Shown: piece by piece, positions 29,201 to 38,766 of the stretch
Layout: each line of letters starts with the position of its first letter
Numbering within the stretch: the stretch's first letter is position 1
Origin: Actinomycetes bacterium
GTDB taxonomy: Bacteria; Actinomycetota; Acidimicrobiia; Acidimicrobiales; JABEUL01
DNA length: 64,000 nucleotides
Direction: 5' to 3'
Assembly (NCBI GenBank): GCA_021852345.1
Contig: JAJZNL010000036.1
Span: 1,179-65,178 of the forward strand
Position numbers and translations under genes: made by a program
Notes under the pieces: generated by a model
The model's input: the letters and a program-made list of their open reading frames with translations, nothing else
What the model was told of the DNA's origin: nothing
Database searches by the model: none

Positions 29201-29893
29201 ATGTCGGTAATACCCTTTAACAAATCAGAACCCATAAAACCAAAAAGGTTGTCAGCGATAAAACGCAAGGAGCTGTTACTGGATGTTGCCTTGGAAGTTT
29301 TCTCGGCCAAGGGGTATGAAAACACATCCATGGACGAGATTGCCGAACTTGCAGGAGTGACAAAACCTATTGTTTATCAACACTTCGACTCCAAGAAGTC
29401 GCTTTATGTAGAACTTTCCGACACGGTTTCCAATAATTTAATAGATGCAATTAAAAATGCTACCCACAACTGTGAGTCTCCCAAAAGCCAGGTTGAGCAG
29501 GGCTTTAGAGCATATTTCAATTTTGTGGCATCGCACTCGAGTGCGTTCAAGCTACTATTTTCGCGAAACTCAGCTGCCGACAAAGAATTAAGTAACTCGG
29601 TTAAGAACGTTGAACAGACCATTGCCAACGTACTCGCTCCCCTTATAGATTTAAAAATCAGCGAGTCACACAGATACATACTTGCCTCAGCAATAATAGG
29701 AATGGCTGAAGGTGCATTACGTCACTGGGTTAACTCCGAAGACTTTACAATAATTCAAACCATGACCAAACAGGAAAAAGACATGTTTTTATTCAAACGA
29801 TCAACCGAGTTGGCCATCAATGTGGCCGAACTGGCATGGGCCGGTTTGCGTGGAATAAAACCCGTCAATCAAATAGTAGAAAGACACACATGA
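29201..29893 (+). CDS. TetR/AcrR-family transcriptional regulator
   Basis: It has the HTH TSMDEIAELAGVTKPIVYQHFDSKKSLY. Its stop codon overlaps the pyrE start (ATGA). Confidence 0.9.
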   Translation: MSVIPFNKSEPIKPKRLSAIKRKELLLDVALEVFSAKGYENTSMDEIAELAGVTKPIVYQHFDSKKSLYVELSDTVSNNLIDAIKNATHNCESPKSQVEQGFRAYFNFVASHSSAFKLLFSRNSAADKELSNSVKNVEQTIANVLAPLIDLKISESHRYILASAIIGMAEGALRHWVNSEDFTIIQTMTKQEKDMFLFKRSTELAINVAELAWAGLRGIKPVNQIVERHT

Positions 29894-30462
29894 GCTCTCT
29901 AAACGATAGGTTAATTGACTTAATAAAATCCAAAGCCTATATACGATCTGAACAACCTTTCACTTTGGCATCTGGAAAATTAAGCCATGACTATGTAGAT
30001 ATGAGATTCGGGCTTTCAGCTGGTGCTGATTTGAATCTGGCATGCTTGGCAATGATTGACCGATTTAAAGACCTCGGGTTGGAATTTAAAACATCAGGAG
30101 GAAATATCGATGCTATTGGCGGAATGACTATGGGAGCGGACCCTATTTGTCACGGAATCAGCATTATCACTTCCACAAATTGGTTTTCGGTAAGAAAACA
30201 AACCAAGGACCATGGGACACAAAATTCAATTGAGGGCTACAAACTTGGTACATCCGATTCTGTTATTTTAGTGGACGATACTGTAACATCAGGATCCTCT
30301 TTAATAAAGGCCACGGAAGCCGTCATGTCAACTGGTGCTGAAATTAAGCTTGCCGCAAGTATACTCGACCGAGGTACGAAAGCCAATGATGCCTTTAAAA
30401 AACTTGGTGTCCCCTATGCATCCTTGGTCTCTTACAGGGATTTAGATATTGAGCCAATTTGA
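29890..30462 (+). CDS. pyrE: Orotate phosphoribosyltransferase
   Basis: It has the PRPP-binding motif VILVDDTVTSGSS and LASGKLSHDYVDMR. I chose ATG 29890 (ATGA overlap with the TetR stop) rather than the ORF-track ATG 29836, which lies inside the TetR gene. Confidence 0.85.
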   Translation: MSSLNDRLIDLIKSKAYIRSEQPFTLASGKLSHDYVDMRFGLSAGADLNLACLAMIDRFKDLGLEFKTSGGNIDAIGGMTMGADPICHGISIITSTNWFSVRKQTKDHGTQNSIEGYKLGTSDSVILVDDTVTSGSSLIKATEAVMSTGAEIKLAASILDRGTKANDAFKKLGVPYASLVSYRDLDIEPI

Positions 30463-30802
30463 CGGCACCCGCACAATAATGTTAGCTGCTGGTGCTTAGT
30501 GCTTGAGTTGGTTAAACTTCTTCTGTCAACAAAAGTTGTAGAATTTAGAACGACGCGAACCATATAATTTTATGGTTACGTTAAAATATAATAAAGCAAC
30601 TTATAAGAGGGTCTATTTTTTTGATAATTTTAGTACTGTTAGTTTAACTATTTAAATCAACTTAACTTTACAGATCCAATTTTATTATTACACATTTACA
30701 ACTCGAAAACAAAGCAAAACTTGGAAACAAAACTGTCCGAATCTCACAGTTACAAATAATTAACAGCTAATTAGAAGCATCATCGAAGAAAAATTTTAAA
30801 AA

Positions 30803-31981
30803 GTGAATTTAGCAGACATAATCGTTTTAATTCTGGTGGCCATGGCAGCGCTAAACGGGTGGCGTTCAGGCGGCTCGACTCTAATCTTTGCCTACAGCGG
30901 ATTTTTTCTCGGATTGACGCTGGGTTGGCTATTTGGACGAATTTTATCTGGAGACATTAGCTCAGGTATACATTCCAATTTCGTTAAATTAATTGTGGGA
31001 ATGCTAATCTTATTTTTACCAGCGGTTTTAATAGGATCTGTCGGGCATCTATTGGGTCTGCGTATACATTCGTGGTTTAAATCAAAAAAACTTGGAACCA
31101 TCGATACCGCAGCGGGCATCGTGGTGGCAGTGGTTGCCACATTGATCTTCTGCTGGATCTTTGCTTCGCTAATGGCAAACTCACCTATCCAGCAGTTAGA
31201 TTCTCAAATTCAAAACTCAAGAATATTAAGAGCTTTAAATAATACGATGCCGACATTGCCTCTTGACGGGCTCAGAAGCGTTATAAATGACTCCGGCTTA
31301 CCGGCGGTATTTAACAATTTTCAACCTCTTCCGCCGGGAAGTGTCACAGAATCTAGCCCAGCACAGGTCCAGCAAGTAGTTAATATGGATCAGCAATCAA
31401 TGGTAAAAATTGTCGGCCAAGGTTGCGGGCAGATTCAGGAAGGATCGGGGTTTGTCGTAAAACCCGATTATGTAGTTACAAATGCACACGTTATAGCTGG
31501 GATTCAAAATCCCACCGTTCAAGATCAGGCAGGCGTAACGCACAGCACAACTGTTGTCTATTACAATCCCGAATATGACTTGGCTGTTATGTACGTACCG
31601 CATTTAAACGAACCGCCGTTGTCTTTTGATTTAAATATGTTAAGTTCGGGCACTAAAACGGTAATTTTAGGGTACCCCGAAGGCGGTCCCTTTAATGCAC
31701 AACCTGGAGGAATCCTTCAGGAATTTAGGGCTCAGGGAAGCGATATCTACAACCAAAATACCACCGTCAGAAATGTTTACCAAGTTCAAGCCGATATAAG
31801 ACCTGGTAACTCTGGCGGACCGCTTTTAACTCTCAGTGGACAGGTGGCGGGTATTGTCTTTTCAAGATCTACTACAAATAACAACGTAGGCTATGCTTTG
31901 GTGAGCAGCGGCGTATATAAAAGAGTGCAACAAGCGTTATCAAATCCCACTCCAACATCGACTGAAGGGTGTGCGAGCTAA
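30803..31981 (+). CDS. CvpA-family membrane domain fused to a trypsin-like serine protease (MarP-like)
   Basis: The N-terminus has 4 TM helices (CvpA-like: DIIVLILVAMAALNGWRSG). The C-terminus has chymotrypsin-fold motifs GSGFVV...VVTNAHV, DLAVM and GNSGGPLL. Confidence 0.85.
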   Translation: MNLADIIVLILVAMAALNGWRSGGSTLIFAYSGFFLGLTLGWLFGRILSGDISSGIHSNFVKLIVGMLILFLPAVLIGSVGHLLGLRIHSWFKSKKLGTIDTAAGIVVAVVATLIFCWIFASLMANSPIQQLDSQIQNSRILRALNNTMPTLPLDGLRSVINDSGLPAVFNNFQPLPPGSVTESSPAQVQQVVNMDQQSMVKIVGQGCGQIQEGSGFVVKPDYVVTNAHVIAGIQNPTVQDQAGVTHSTTVVYYNPEYDLAVMYVPHLNEPPLSFDLNMLSSGTKTVILGYPEGGPFNAQPGGILQEFRAQGSDIYNQNTTVRNVYQVQADIRPGNSGGPLLTLSGQVAGIVFSRSTTNNNVGYALVSSGVYKRVQQALSNPTPTSTEGCAS

Positions 31982-32019
31982 TTCACTTAGAAACCAATTA
32001 TTCTTAACGACTCAGTTAT

Positions 32020-32517
32020 ATGTATATGAACGATCCATTTCAAGCACCCAACAATTTGTATTGGACTGGTGTATCTTCCAAACTTAAAACTTTGAGAATA
32101 TTAAGAATTTTACCATTCGAACTAATTCCTATATCGATTATTAATATAGTTGCTGCAATTACGGCAAATCCGTGGGTAATTATCACTTCTGTAATCATAA
32201 CGTTAATCTGCTTGTGGATTTCCTACTATCTCGTAAATTCAAACTACAAAAGCTGGGGCTACATTCAACGCGAAGACGACCTTTGGATAAAGCACGGTAG
32301 ATTTTTTCAAAAACTTACGGTAGTGCCTTACGGCAGAATGCAGTTGATCGATATATCTGCGGGTCCTATCGAGCGATATCTGAAAGTAAGCACGGTAAAG
32401 CTTCATACCGCTGCAGCTACTACAGATGCCGAAATCATCTCACTAGAACCAGACATGGCCGCTGAACTTAAAGAAACTCTAACGGCTAAAGCCAAATCAT
32501 ATTTACAAGGCATCTAA
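32020..32517 (+). CDS. Membrane-anchored bacterial PH domain protein (bPH_2, YdbS-like)
   Basis: 165 aa with two TM helices, then WGYIQREDDLWIKHGRFFQKLTVVPYGRMQLIDISAGPIERYL, a YdbS/T-type PH domain pattern. Confidence 0.8.
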   Translation: MYMNDPFQAPNNLYWTGVSSKLKTLRILRILPFELIPISIINIVAAITANPWVIITSVIITLICLWISYYLVNSNYKSWGYIQREDDLWIKHGRFFQKLTVVPYGRMQLIDISAGPIERYLKVSTVKLHTAAATTDAEIISLEPDMAAELKETLTAKAKSYLQGI

Positions 32518-32527
32518 CGGAATCCTG

Positions 32528-34051
32528 ATGAGCGCCTATAATAATCCGGAATTTAATTTTAATCAAAATAATCAGAATCCTTTTGGAAACGACTTTGGAA
32601 ACAACAAAGGGCCCAATTCGCCAATAAACAAGTGGACGATACCGCAGAGAACCCACATTCTTTCATTTTTGATTCATGCATCAAAAATAATTCCCACTAT
32701 ATTTTTTATATACGTATTTGAGCTAAATACATTCTCATCCTCTTCGTCTTCAAATTCCTCAAGCATATTTTCAATTAACGCAATTATTATATATCTTTTT
32801 GTTATTTTTACTATTTTATTTATTTCTTGGAGATTCAGAACTTTTTGGATTAAAGAAAACGAATTTATAATACAACATCGATTTATCACCAAAAACATAA
32901 AACACATACCTTTAGACAGAATTCAAGCAATTGACATTATCGAACCTCTGTTAGGTCGAGTAGTTGGACTTGCAGCACTACGGATATCATCGGGAGCAAC
33001 ATCCATGTCCGGCAAATCGTTAATTGCGTACCTTAAAACTTCTGATGCAAAAGAACTTAGAGAGATACTTCTAAGACAGAGGCAATACGTTTTAGAACAT
33101 GAAGGCTCGCTGGCAAACAGTACAGAAAACTCATTTAGCTCAGAAGTACCCGACTCATCTTCAATAACAGCCAACTATTCAGACCAATCGCTAAATCATA
33201 ATTCGACTCTGGATTCTATTTATAACATTTCTGATTACGGTTTTATAAATTACTGGTATCAATTAACCACCGAGGAACTTTCTGTCGTAGTTGTTAGCCC
33301 GTTTATAATCCCCTTAATAGCAATTGGATTTTTCGCATTTTTGATGAATTCGACTGACGGTTTTGTAAAAACTGCGGGAATCTCAATTGGTATTTTGATA
33401 CCGTATATAATTTCAATATTGGTGGAGCTGTGGCGTCGTTATTCTAAATTTGCCGGTTACAAAATCGAACGATTGGACCAAGGACTTAGGATTACGTCAG
33501 GCCTCCTGACGGTTAATCACGAGACAGTACCATATAGCAGAATACAGGCTTTTCGTATCGAACAACCATTTTTATGGAAGATATTCGGACTTTTTAGGCT
33601 GCAAATTAACTTGGCCGGAACTTCTACCAAAACCAAGGTTAATCGACAAAATCTTATAATGTTACCGGCATGCAAATTTCAAACCGCCGTCTCCTTTATT
33701 CAGATAATACTCCCCCAAGTTGACTTCGACATTCCGATGATCCCGCCTCCCAAAATAGCCTTTTATAAAGGGCTCTTTTGGGCCAAAGCTCATAGGTTGG
33801 GCTTAAGCCAAGATATAGCAATTGTAAATTATGGAATCTTCAGAAGGCATTGGGACATAATTAATTTCAAAAAAATCCAGTCACTTCGAATCAGAAAAGG
33901 TCCGATTAACAGGCTCTTGAATCTTAATACGTTACACATAGACACTACAAACGGGCCGGTCAAATTTAAAATTAAATGGAGATCCAATTCAGACGCATGC
34001 CAAGTTTTTCCATTTTTAACCGATTCGGTTGCTATACAACATACTCTTTAG
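32528..34051 (+). CDS. Membrane protein with repeated bPH_2 domains (YdbT-like)
   Basis: 507 aa. Three segments match the ...IPLDRIQAIDI.. / VPYSRIQAFRIEQ / INFKKIQSLRIRKGPINRLL pattern, separated by TM hairpins. The N-terminus is N/Q-rich. Confidence 0.8.
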   Translation: MSAYNNPEFNFNQNNQNPFGNDFGNNKGPNSPINKWTIPQRTHILSFLIHASKIIPTIFFIYVFELNTFSSSSSSNSSSIFSINAIIIYLFVIFTILFISWRFRTFWIKENEFIIQHRFITKNIKHIPLDRIQAIDIIEPLLGRVVGLAALRISSGATSMSGKSLIAYLKTSDAKELREILLRQRQYVLEHEGSLANSTENSFSSEVPDSSSITANYSDQSLNHNSTLDSIYNISDYGFINYWYQLTTEELSVVVVSPFIIPLIAIGFFAFLMNSTDGFVKTAGISIGILIPYIISILVELWRRYSKFAGYKIERLDQGLRITSGLLTVNHETVPYSRIQAFRIEQPFLWKIFGLFRLQINLAGTSTKTKVNRQNLIMLPACKFQTAVSFIQIILPQVDFDIPMIPPPKIAFYKGLFWAKAHRLGLSQDIAIVNYGIFRRHWDIINFKKIQSLRIRKGPINRLLNLNTLHIDTTNGPVKFKIKWRSNSDACQVFPFLTDSVAIQHTL

Positions 34052-34278
34052 CAAAGAAGCTTACAAATCTAACGGAAGGTTGCAAATTACTTGTTACTCA
34101 AGTTGCCATTACTCATTACTCAGTCGCTGTAAACAATTGCCTTTTAGGGCAAATTTTGAATTACTATTCAATGTAAATTAATATCATGTTCGGATTTAAA
34201 GTGACACTATGAATTTAGTTTGTTTATGTTAACCTTAATAATTGAATCTAGGATTTTAGTTTTAAAGAAAAGTAGGTT

Positions 34279-36162
34279 ATGACCACGTTCAACAAAATTG
34301 AAGACTACGCCATTATAGGTGACACACATACTGTAGGGTTAATTAACAGAGACGGCTCTTTAGACTGGCTTTGCATACCTAGATTTGATTCGCCGGCAGT
34401 ATTTGCCAAAATACTCGGCGATACAAATAACGGATATTTTAGAATTGCTCCGGTAAATCAAAACTATTCTTCAACAAGAAAGTATCTAAAGGATACCTTG
34501 ATTTTAGAAACCACCTTTGACACTCCTGACGGATGTTTCCAACTAATTGATTTTATGCCCATATTCGATGACACCCCACGAGTCATCCGCATAGTAAAAG
34601 GACTGTCGGGATCCGTAAGAGTTCGACTGGAACTCGCCTTCAGATTTGACTACGGAAATACGGTTCCTTGGGTAATTTCACATGAAGGACATTTGACTGC
34701 GGCTGCGGGACCCGAAGCGATAAGTTTTTATTCCGATATCAAATTTTGGGGAGAAAACTATTCCACGATAGCCGAATTCGATATAAATCAAGGAAATGTT
34801 ATACCTTTCCAAATAATTTACCACCCTTCGTTCAGGAAATCTCCCAAACCCGCAGATGCAATCTATGAACTAAGAGAAACCACGACGTATTGGCAAAACT
34901 GGATAACGAATTGCAACTATACGGGCACCTACTCGAGTCAGGTTAAACGGTCTCTGTTGACCCTAAAAGCTTTAACCTATCATCCTACGGGCGGTATTGT
35001 AGCCGCACCCACAACTTCTTTACCCGAAGCGATAGGAGGTTCAAGAAACTGGGACTATCGATACTGTTGGCTAAGAGACTCGTCATTAACACTTGAAGCG
35101 CTAATCCGAGCTGGATTTGCCGAAGAAGCGCTCTCGTTTAGAGATTGGCTTCTGAGGGCAGTTGCCGGTGATGCTAATAAAATTCAGATTATGTACGGAC
35201 CGGCCGGAGAGCGGCGTTTGACCGAATTTGAAATCGACTGGCTTTGCGGATATGAAAACTCTAAACCGATCAGGATCGGGAATGCGGCGTCTTCACAGTT
35301 CCAACTTGACGTGTACGGCGAGCTGATGTCTGCATTCCATATTGCCAGGAACAGCGGACTTGCAGACAATTACACTGTCTGGGACTTACAAAAATTGCTC
35401 ATTAATTTTGTAGAGAAATCCTGGTCGCAACCTGACGACGGAATTTGGGAAGTCAGGGGACCGAAACGACACTTTACCCATTCAAAAGTAATGGCTTGGG
35501 TGGCGATAGATCGAGCAATTAAGGCCGTAGAAGATTTTGGGTTAGACGGAGATATTCAGAGATGGAAAGTTCTACGAGATTCAATTAAAAAACAGGTGCT
35601 TGACCAAGGATGGAATGAACAAAAACAGGCTTTTACTCAATCCTATGGATCAGACAAACTAGACGCAAGCGAACTCTTAATTGCAATTAACGGGTTTTTG
35701 GAACCAACGGACGACAGAGTTATTAAAACAGTACTGACCATAAGAGACGAACTGATGGAAAACGGATTTGTGCTCAGATATCAAGTTGATGACGACGGAC
35801 AGGTTGACGGACTTACCGGACATGAAGGTGCCTTCTTGGCATGTTCGTTTTGGCTCGTGGATGCGTTGACAATCTGCAACAGGAAAGACGAAGCGAATGA
35901 GCTCTTTGAAAAGCTGTTGTCAATTACTAACGATGTGGGCCTACTGGCAGAAGAGTACGACTCGGTTCTTCAAAGACAGGTCGGAAACTTTCCTCAGGCA
36001 TTTTCTCACATCTCTTTGATAAATTCCGCTTTCAACTTAGAGGAGTTCGACTCTAGGAAACATTCCGAGTATCAAAGTCATTTAAGAGAAAAATTTAAAA
36101 CTTTGGTAAATAAAGAGCGAAACCAAACCTGGATCCACAAAACTTATAAGAAAACCAAATAG
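34279..36162 (+). CDS. Glycoside hydrolase family 15 (glucoamylase/trehalase-type)
   Basis: 627 aa. It starts IEDYAIIGDTHTVGLINRDGSLDWLCIPRFDS and contains SLPEAIGGSRNWDYRYCWLRDS and FPQAFSH. Confidence 0.9.
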   Translation: MTTFNKIEDYAIIGDTHTVGLINRDGSLDWLCIPRFDSPAVFAKILGDTNNGYFRIAPVNQNYSSTRKYLKDTLILETTFDTPDGCFQLIDFMPIFDDTPRVIRIVKGLSGSVRVRLELAFRFDYGNTVPWVISHEGHLTAAAGPEAISFYSDIKFWGENYSTIAEFDINQGNVIPFQIIYHPSFRKSPKPADAIYELRETTTYWQNWITNCNYTGTYSSQVKRSLLTLKALTYHPTGGIVAAPTTSLPEAIGGSRNWDYRYCWLRDSSLTLEALIRAGFAEEALSFRDWLLRAVAGDANKIQIMYGPAGERRLTEFEIDWLCGYENSKPIRIGNAASSQFQLDVYGELMSAFHIARNSGLADNYTVWDLQKLLINFVEKSWSQPDDGIWEVRGPKRHFTHSKVMAWVAIDRAIKAVEDFGLDGDIQRWKVLRDSIKKQVLDQGWNEQKQAFTQSYGSDKLDASELLIAINGFLEPTDDRVIKTVLTIRDELMENGFVLRYQVDDDGQVDGLTGHEGAFLACSFWLVDALTICNRKDEANELFEKLLSITNDVGLLAEEYDSVLQRQVGNFPQAFSHISLINSAFNLEEFDSRKHSEYQSHLREKFKTLVNKERNQTWIHKTYKKTK

Positions 36163-36196
36163 ACAAGATCGTAAACAATTGTAAATCATCAATATT

Positions 36197-37177
36197 ATGA
36201 ATGCTAAAAACACTCCAGACTTCAATACGCTTATTTCAACTCTCGCACCCAATACCGTTGAAATTGATACCTTTCTAGGCGGATGGAACCACGTCACTGC
36301 CGGATATCTCTTAACTGGTGACAGACCATTTTTGGTTGAAACAGGTTCTCAAAGTTCAATAACGACCCTCTTGGGCGCACTCGAATACCTAGGCATTGAT
36401 GCCAAAGATCTTTATGGTGCAGCTGTAACGCATATTCACTTAGATCATGCAGGAGGAATCGGAGATATAGCCAAAGCTTTTCCAAATGCGAAAATCTACG
36501 TGCATCCATTGGGTGCACGCCATTTGGCCGACCCGACACGATTAATAAATTCAGCAGCTACGGTTTATGGATCTCTGCTTGATTCACTCTACGGCAGAAT
36601 GGAGCCGACTGAAGCCGAACGGATAATAGTGTTAAATGACAATGACGAGATAGACCTTGCCAACGGCCGAAAACTTCTAGCAATTGATTCTCCCGGCCAC
36701 GCTAAACATCACGTTGCTCTATTGGATTCCGAATCGGGTTTATTATTTGCCGGTGACGCTGTGGGCGTAAGACTCCCTGAAGCTGGAATTCTAAGGCCGT
36801 CGTCGCCTCCTGCTGATTTTGATCTTTTTAAGGCAATAAATTCTTTGGAAAAGTTTATAGAAGTCAAGCCTTACAGGGTAGCTTTGGCTCATTACGGAGT
36901 AGTGGACATAGATCCTGAAGCGCTTCTATATGAAGCCCAAGAGACTGTCACCAAGTGGGCCGAAGTAGCAAAAATGGCAGTACTTAACCAAATTGACATA
37001 GTAAAAGCCCTCGAAGATAACTTCGGTGCAGATTTTCAAAAGGTAGATCAGTCTCAAAAAGAAAAGATGGAGACTCTAAACGGAATACATTCTAACGCCA
37101 AAGGTCTGCAGTTATGGATTGAGAAAAATCCGGAAATCCTTAAAATGGACTCCTTAAAGCACGGTCATCTCCACTAA
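36197..37177 (+). CDS. MBL-fold metallo-hydrolase
   Basis: It has THIHLDHAGG and a downstream SPGHAKHH. Confidence 0.85.
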   Translation: MNAKNTPDFNTLISTLAPNTVEIDTFLGGWNHVTAGYLLTGDRPFLVETGSQSSITTLLGALEYLGIDAKDLYGAAVTHIHLDHAGGIGDIAKAFPNAKIYVHPLGARHLADPTRLINSAATVYGSLLDSLYGRMEPTEAERIIVLNDNDEIDLANGRKLLAIDSPGHAKHHVALLDSESGLLFAGDAVGVRLPEAGILRPSSPPADFDLFKAINSLEKFIEVKPYRVALAHYGVVDIDPEALLYEAQETVTKWAEVAKMAVLNQIDIVKALEDNFGADFQKVDQSQKEKMETLNGIHSNAKGLQLWIEKNPEILKMDSLKHGHLH

Positions 37178-37276
37178 TGAGAAAAGTAAGTCGTGATAAT
37201 GAGCATTAAAATTGAGAAATCCCAGCTAAATTTTTATGAATTTGAAACATCTCGTACTAAAACAATGCAAAAATAG

Positions 37277-37675
37277 ATGATTATGAAATTAAAAAGAGCC
37301 GTTCTGTATATATCAGTCATATTTTTACCGTTTTTAATAGCAAGTTGTACTTCACCCCCTAATCTACCGATTACTCAGGGGCATTTGACTGGAACCAATA
37401 TGTCTACCACCACAATGAAACCGACTGCGACAGTTACCATAATCAACGACAGCTTCACTCCCGAAAACGTCACAATCCATGTAGGCCAAGCAGTAAAATG
37501 GGTCTGGAACGATAACTCTTACACACACAACGTAACTTTTCCAAATGGTGTGGCATCTCCGGATAAAATAAATGGGACATGGACTCTTTTATTTAAAAAA
37601 CCAGGGATCTATCACTACAAAGATACGCTTCATTTTAAAGTGTTCGGAACGGTTACAGTGTTAAGTTCTAACTAA
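37277..37675 (+). CDS. Cupredoxin-fold lipoprotein lacking the type-1 copper Cys ligand
   Basis: It has a signal peptide with a lipobox (LIASC). The cupredoxin pattern is FTPENVTIHVGQAVKWVWNDNSYTHNVTF ... GIYHYKDTLH..FGTVTV. The position normally occupied by Cys is Lys, and the only Cys is in the lipobox. Confidence 0.7.
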   Translation: MIMKLKRAVLYISVIFLPFLIASCTSPPNLPITQGHLTGTNMSTTTMKPTATVTIINDSFTPENVTIHVGQAVKWVWNDNSYTHNVTFPNGVASPDKINGTWTLLFKKPGIYHYKDTLHFKVFGTVTVLSSN

Positions 37676-37721
37676 TTTTAATAACTATAACCTTGCCATT
37701 ATTTAACCTGAATTTAACCTA

Positions 37722-38735
37722 TTGAAGTTAAACTTGGGTGTGATGGAACAAAAAACAAAGAATTTGCATAACACCAATGGATTTGAATTATTGTCAAAAT
37801 CACCTGCGCCCGCTACAGTCGACAAAAACGACTATCATTTTGGCGAGAAAGTCGGGACAACAATGACCGAAATTACGCCTGAAAGTATTGTGACGAGCTC
37901 AGATGAATCGTTAACGCCAACCAGTAATTTTGTGACGAATACTCCCTCAGAAATTAGCAACAACAACAATTCTACCCAACGCCGAGTAGTGCTGGAAACT
38001 AAGGATTTAAGCGTCGGATACGGGAAACAGGAAATCTTAAACAAGATCAATCTTAAATTTGAAAGCAACACTATTACTGCTTTAGTCGGTCCTTCTGGCT
38101 CCGGTAAATCATCTTTTCTGAGGACATTAAACAGAATGAATGATTCAGTTAAAGAATACTGGCACTCTGGTGAAGTTATGCTGGACAACGAAGAGATATT
38201 TGATCAGGGAATTGACTTGATCTCACTGAGACGAAAAGTGGGTATGGTTTTTCAGAGACCGAATCCATTTCCCATGTCCATTGCAAATAACGTGGCCATT
38301 GGGATTAAGACGCATAGATTGGCCGGAAAAAAAGATACCGGCGCGCTGGTAGAAAAGTATTTAACTCAAGTCGGGCTCTTTAAAGCCGTATCCAATAGAT
38401 TAAACGACTCCCCATTTAAACTATCGGGTGGACAGCAGCAGTTACTTTGCCTGGCAAGGGCTTTAGCGATAGGCCCCGAAGTACTTTTACTTGACGAACC
38501 GACATCTTCTTTGGACCCTCAAACAACCCAAGCGGTTGAAAACTTGGTAACCGAAATGGCAAAAGACGTTACCGTTATAATAGTTACTCACAATCTTGCT
38601 CAGGCCCGAAGAATTGCAGATTATGCTGCATTCTTTTGGGATGGCAAACTTATGGAATACGGCAGAGCGGCGCAGGTTCTTGAAGATCCTCAAAACGAAA
38701 TTACAGCAAAATTTGTCACAGGCAAATTGGGCTAG
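37722..38735 (+). CDS. pstB: Phosphate ABC transporter ATP-binding protein PstB/PhoT-like, with a possible ~90-aa N-terminal extension
   Basis: It has Walker A GPSGSGKSS, FLRTLNRMND, the signature LSGGQQQ, Walker B LLLDEPTSSLD and a C-terminal TAKFVTGKLG. Start options are TTG 37722, ATG 37744 and ATG 37863. Confidence 0.9.
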   Translation: MKLNLGVMEQKTKNLHNTNGFELLSKSPAPATVDKNDYHFGEKVGTTMTEITPESIVTSSDESLTPTSNFVTNTPSEISNNNNSTQRRVVLETKDLSVGYGKQEILNKINLKFESNTITALVGPSGSGKSSFLRTLNRMNDSVKEYWHSGEVMLDNEEIFDQGIDLISLRRKVGMVFQRPNPFPMSIANNVAIGIKTHRLAGKKDTGALVEKYLTQVGLFKAVSNRLNDSPFKLSGGQQQLLCLARALAIGPEVLLLDEPTSSLDPQTTQAVENLVTEMAKDVTVIIVTHNLAQARRIADYAAFFWDGKLMEYGRAAQVLEDPQNEITAKFVTGKLG

Positions 38736-38766
38736 AGCCAGGTGGTATTTAATCTAGGCAAATTTA

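Noticed and set aside
36082-36539. Minus-strand ORFs of 71 aa and 81 aa lie across the GH15 end and the MBL start.
   Set aside because: They are antisense to two well-supported genes, with no motifs.
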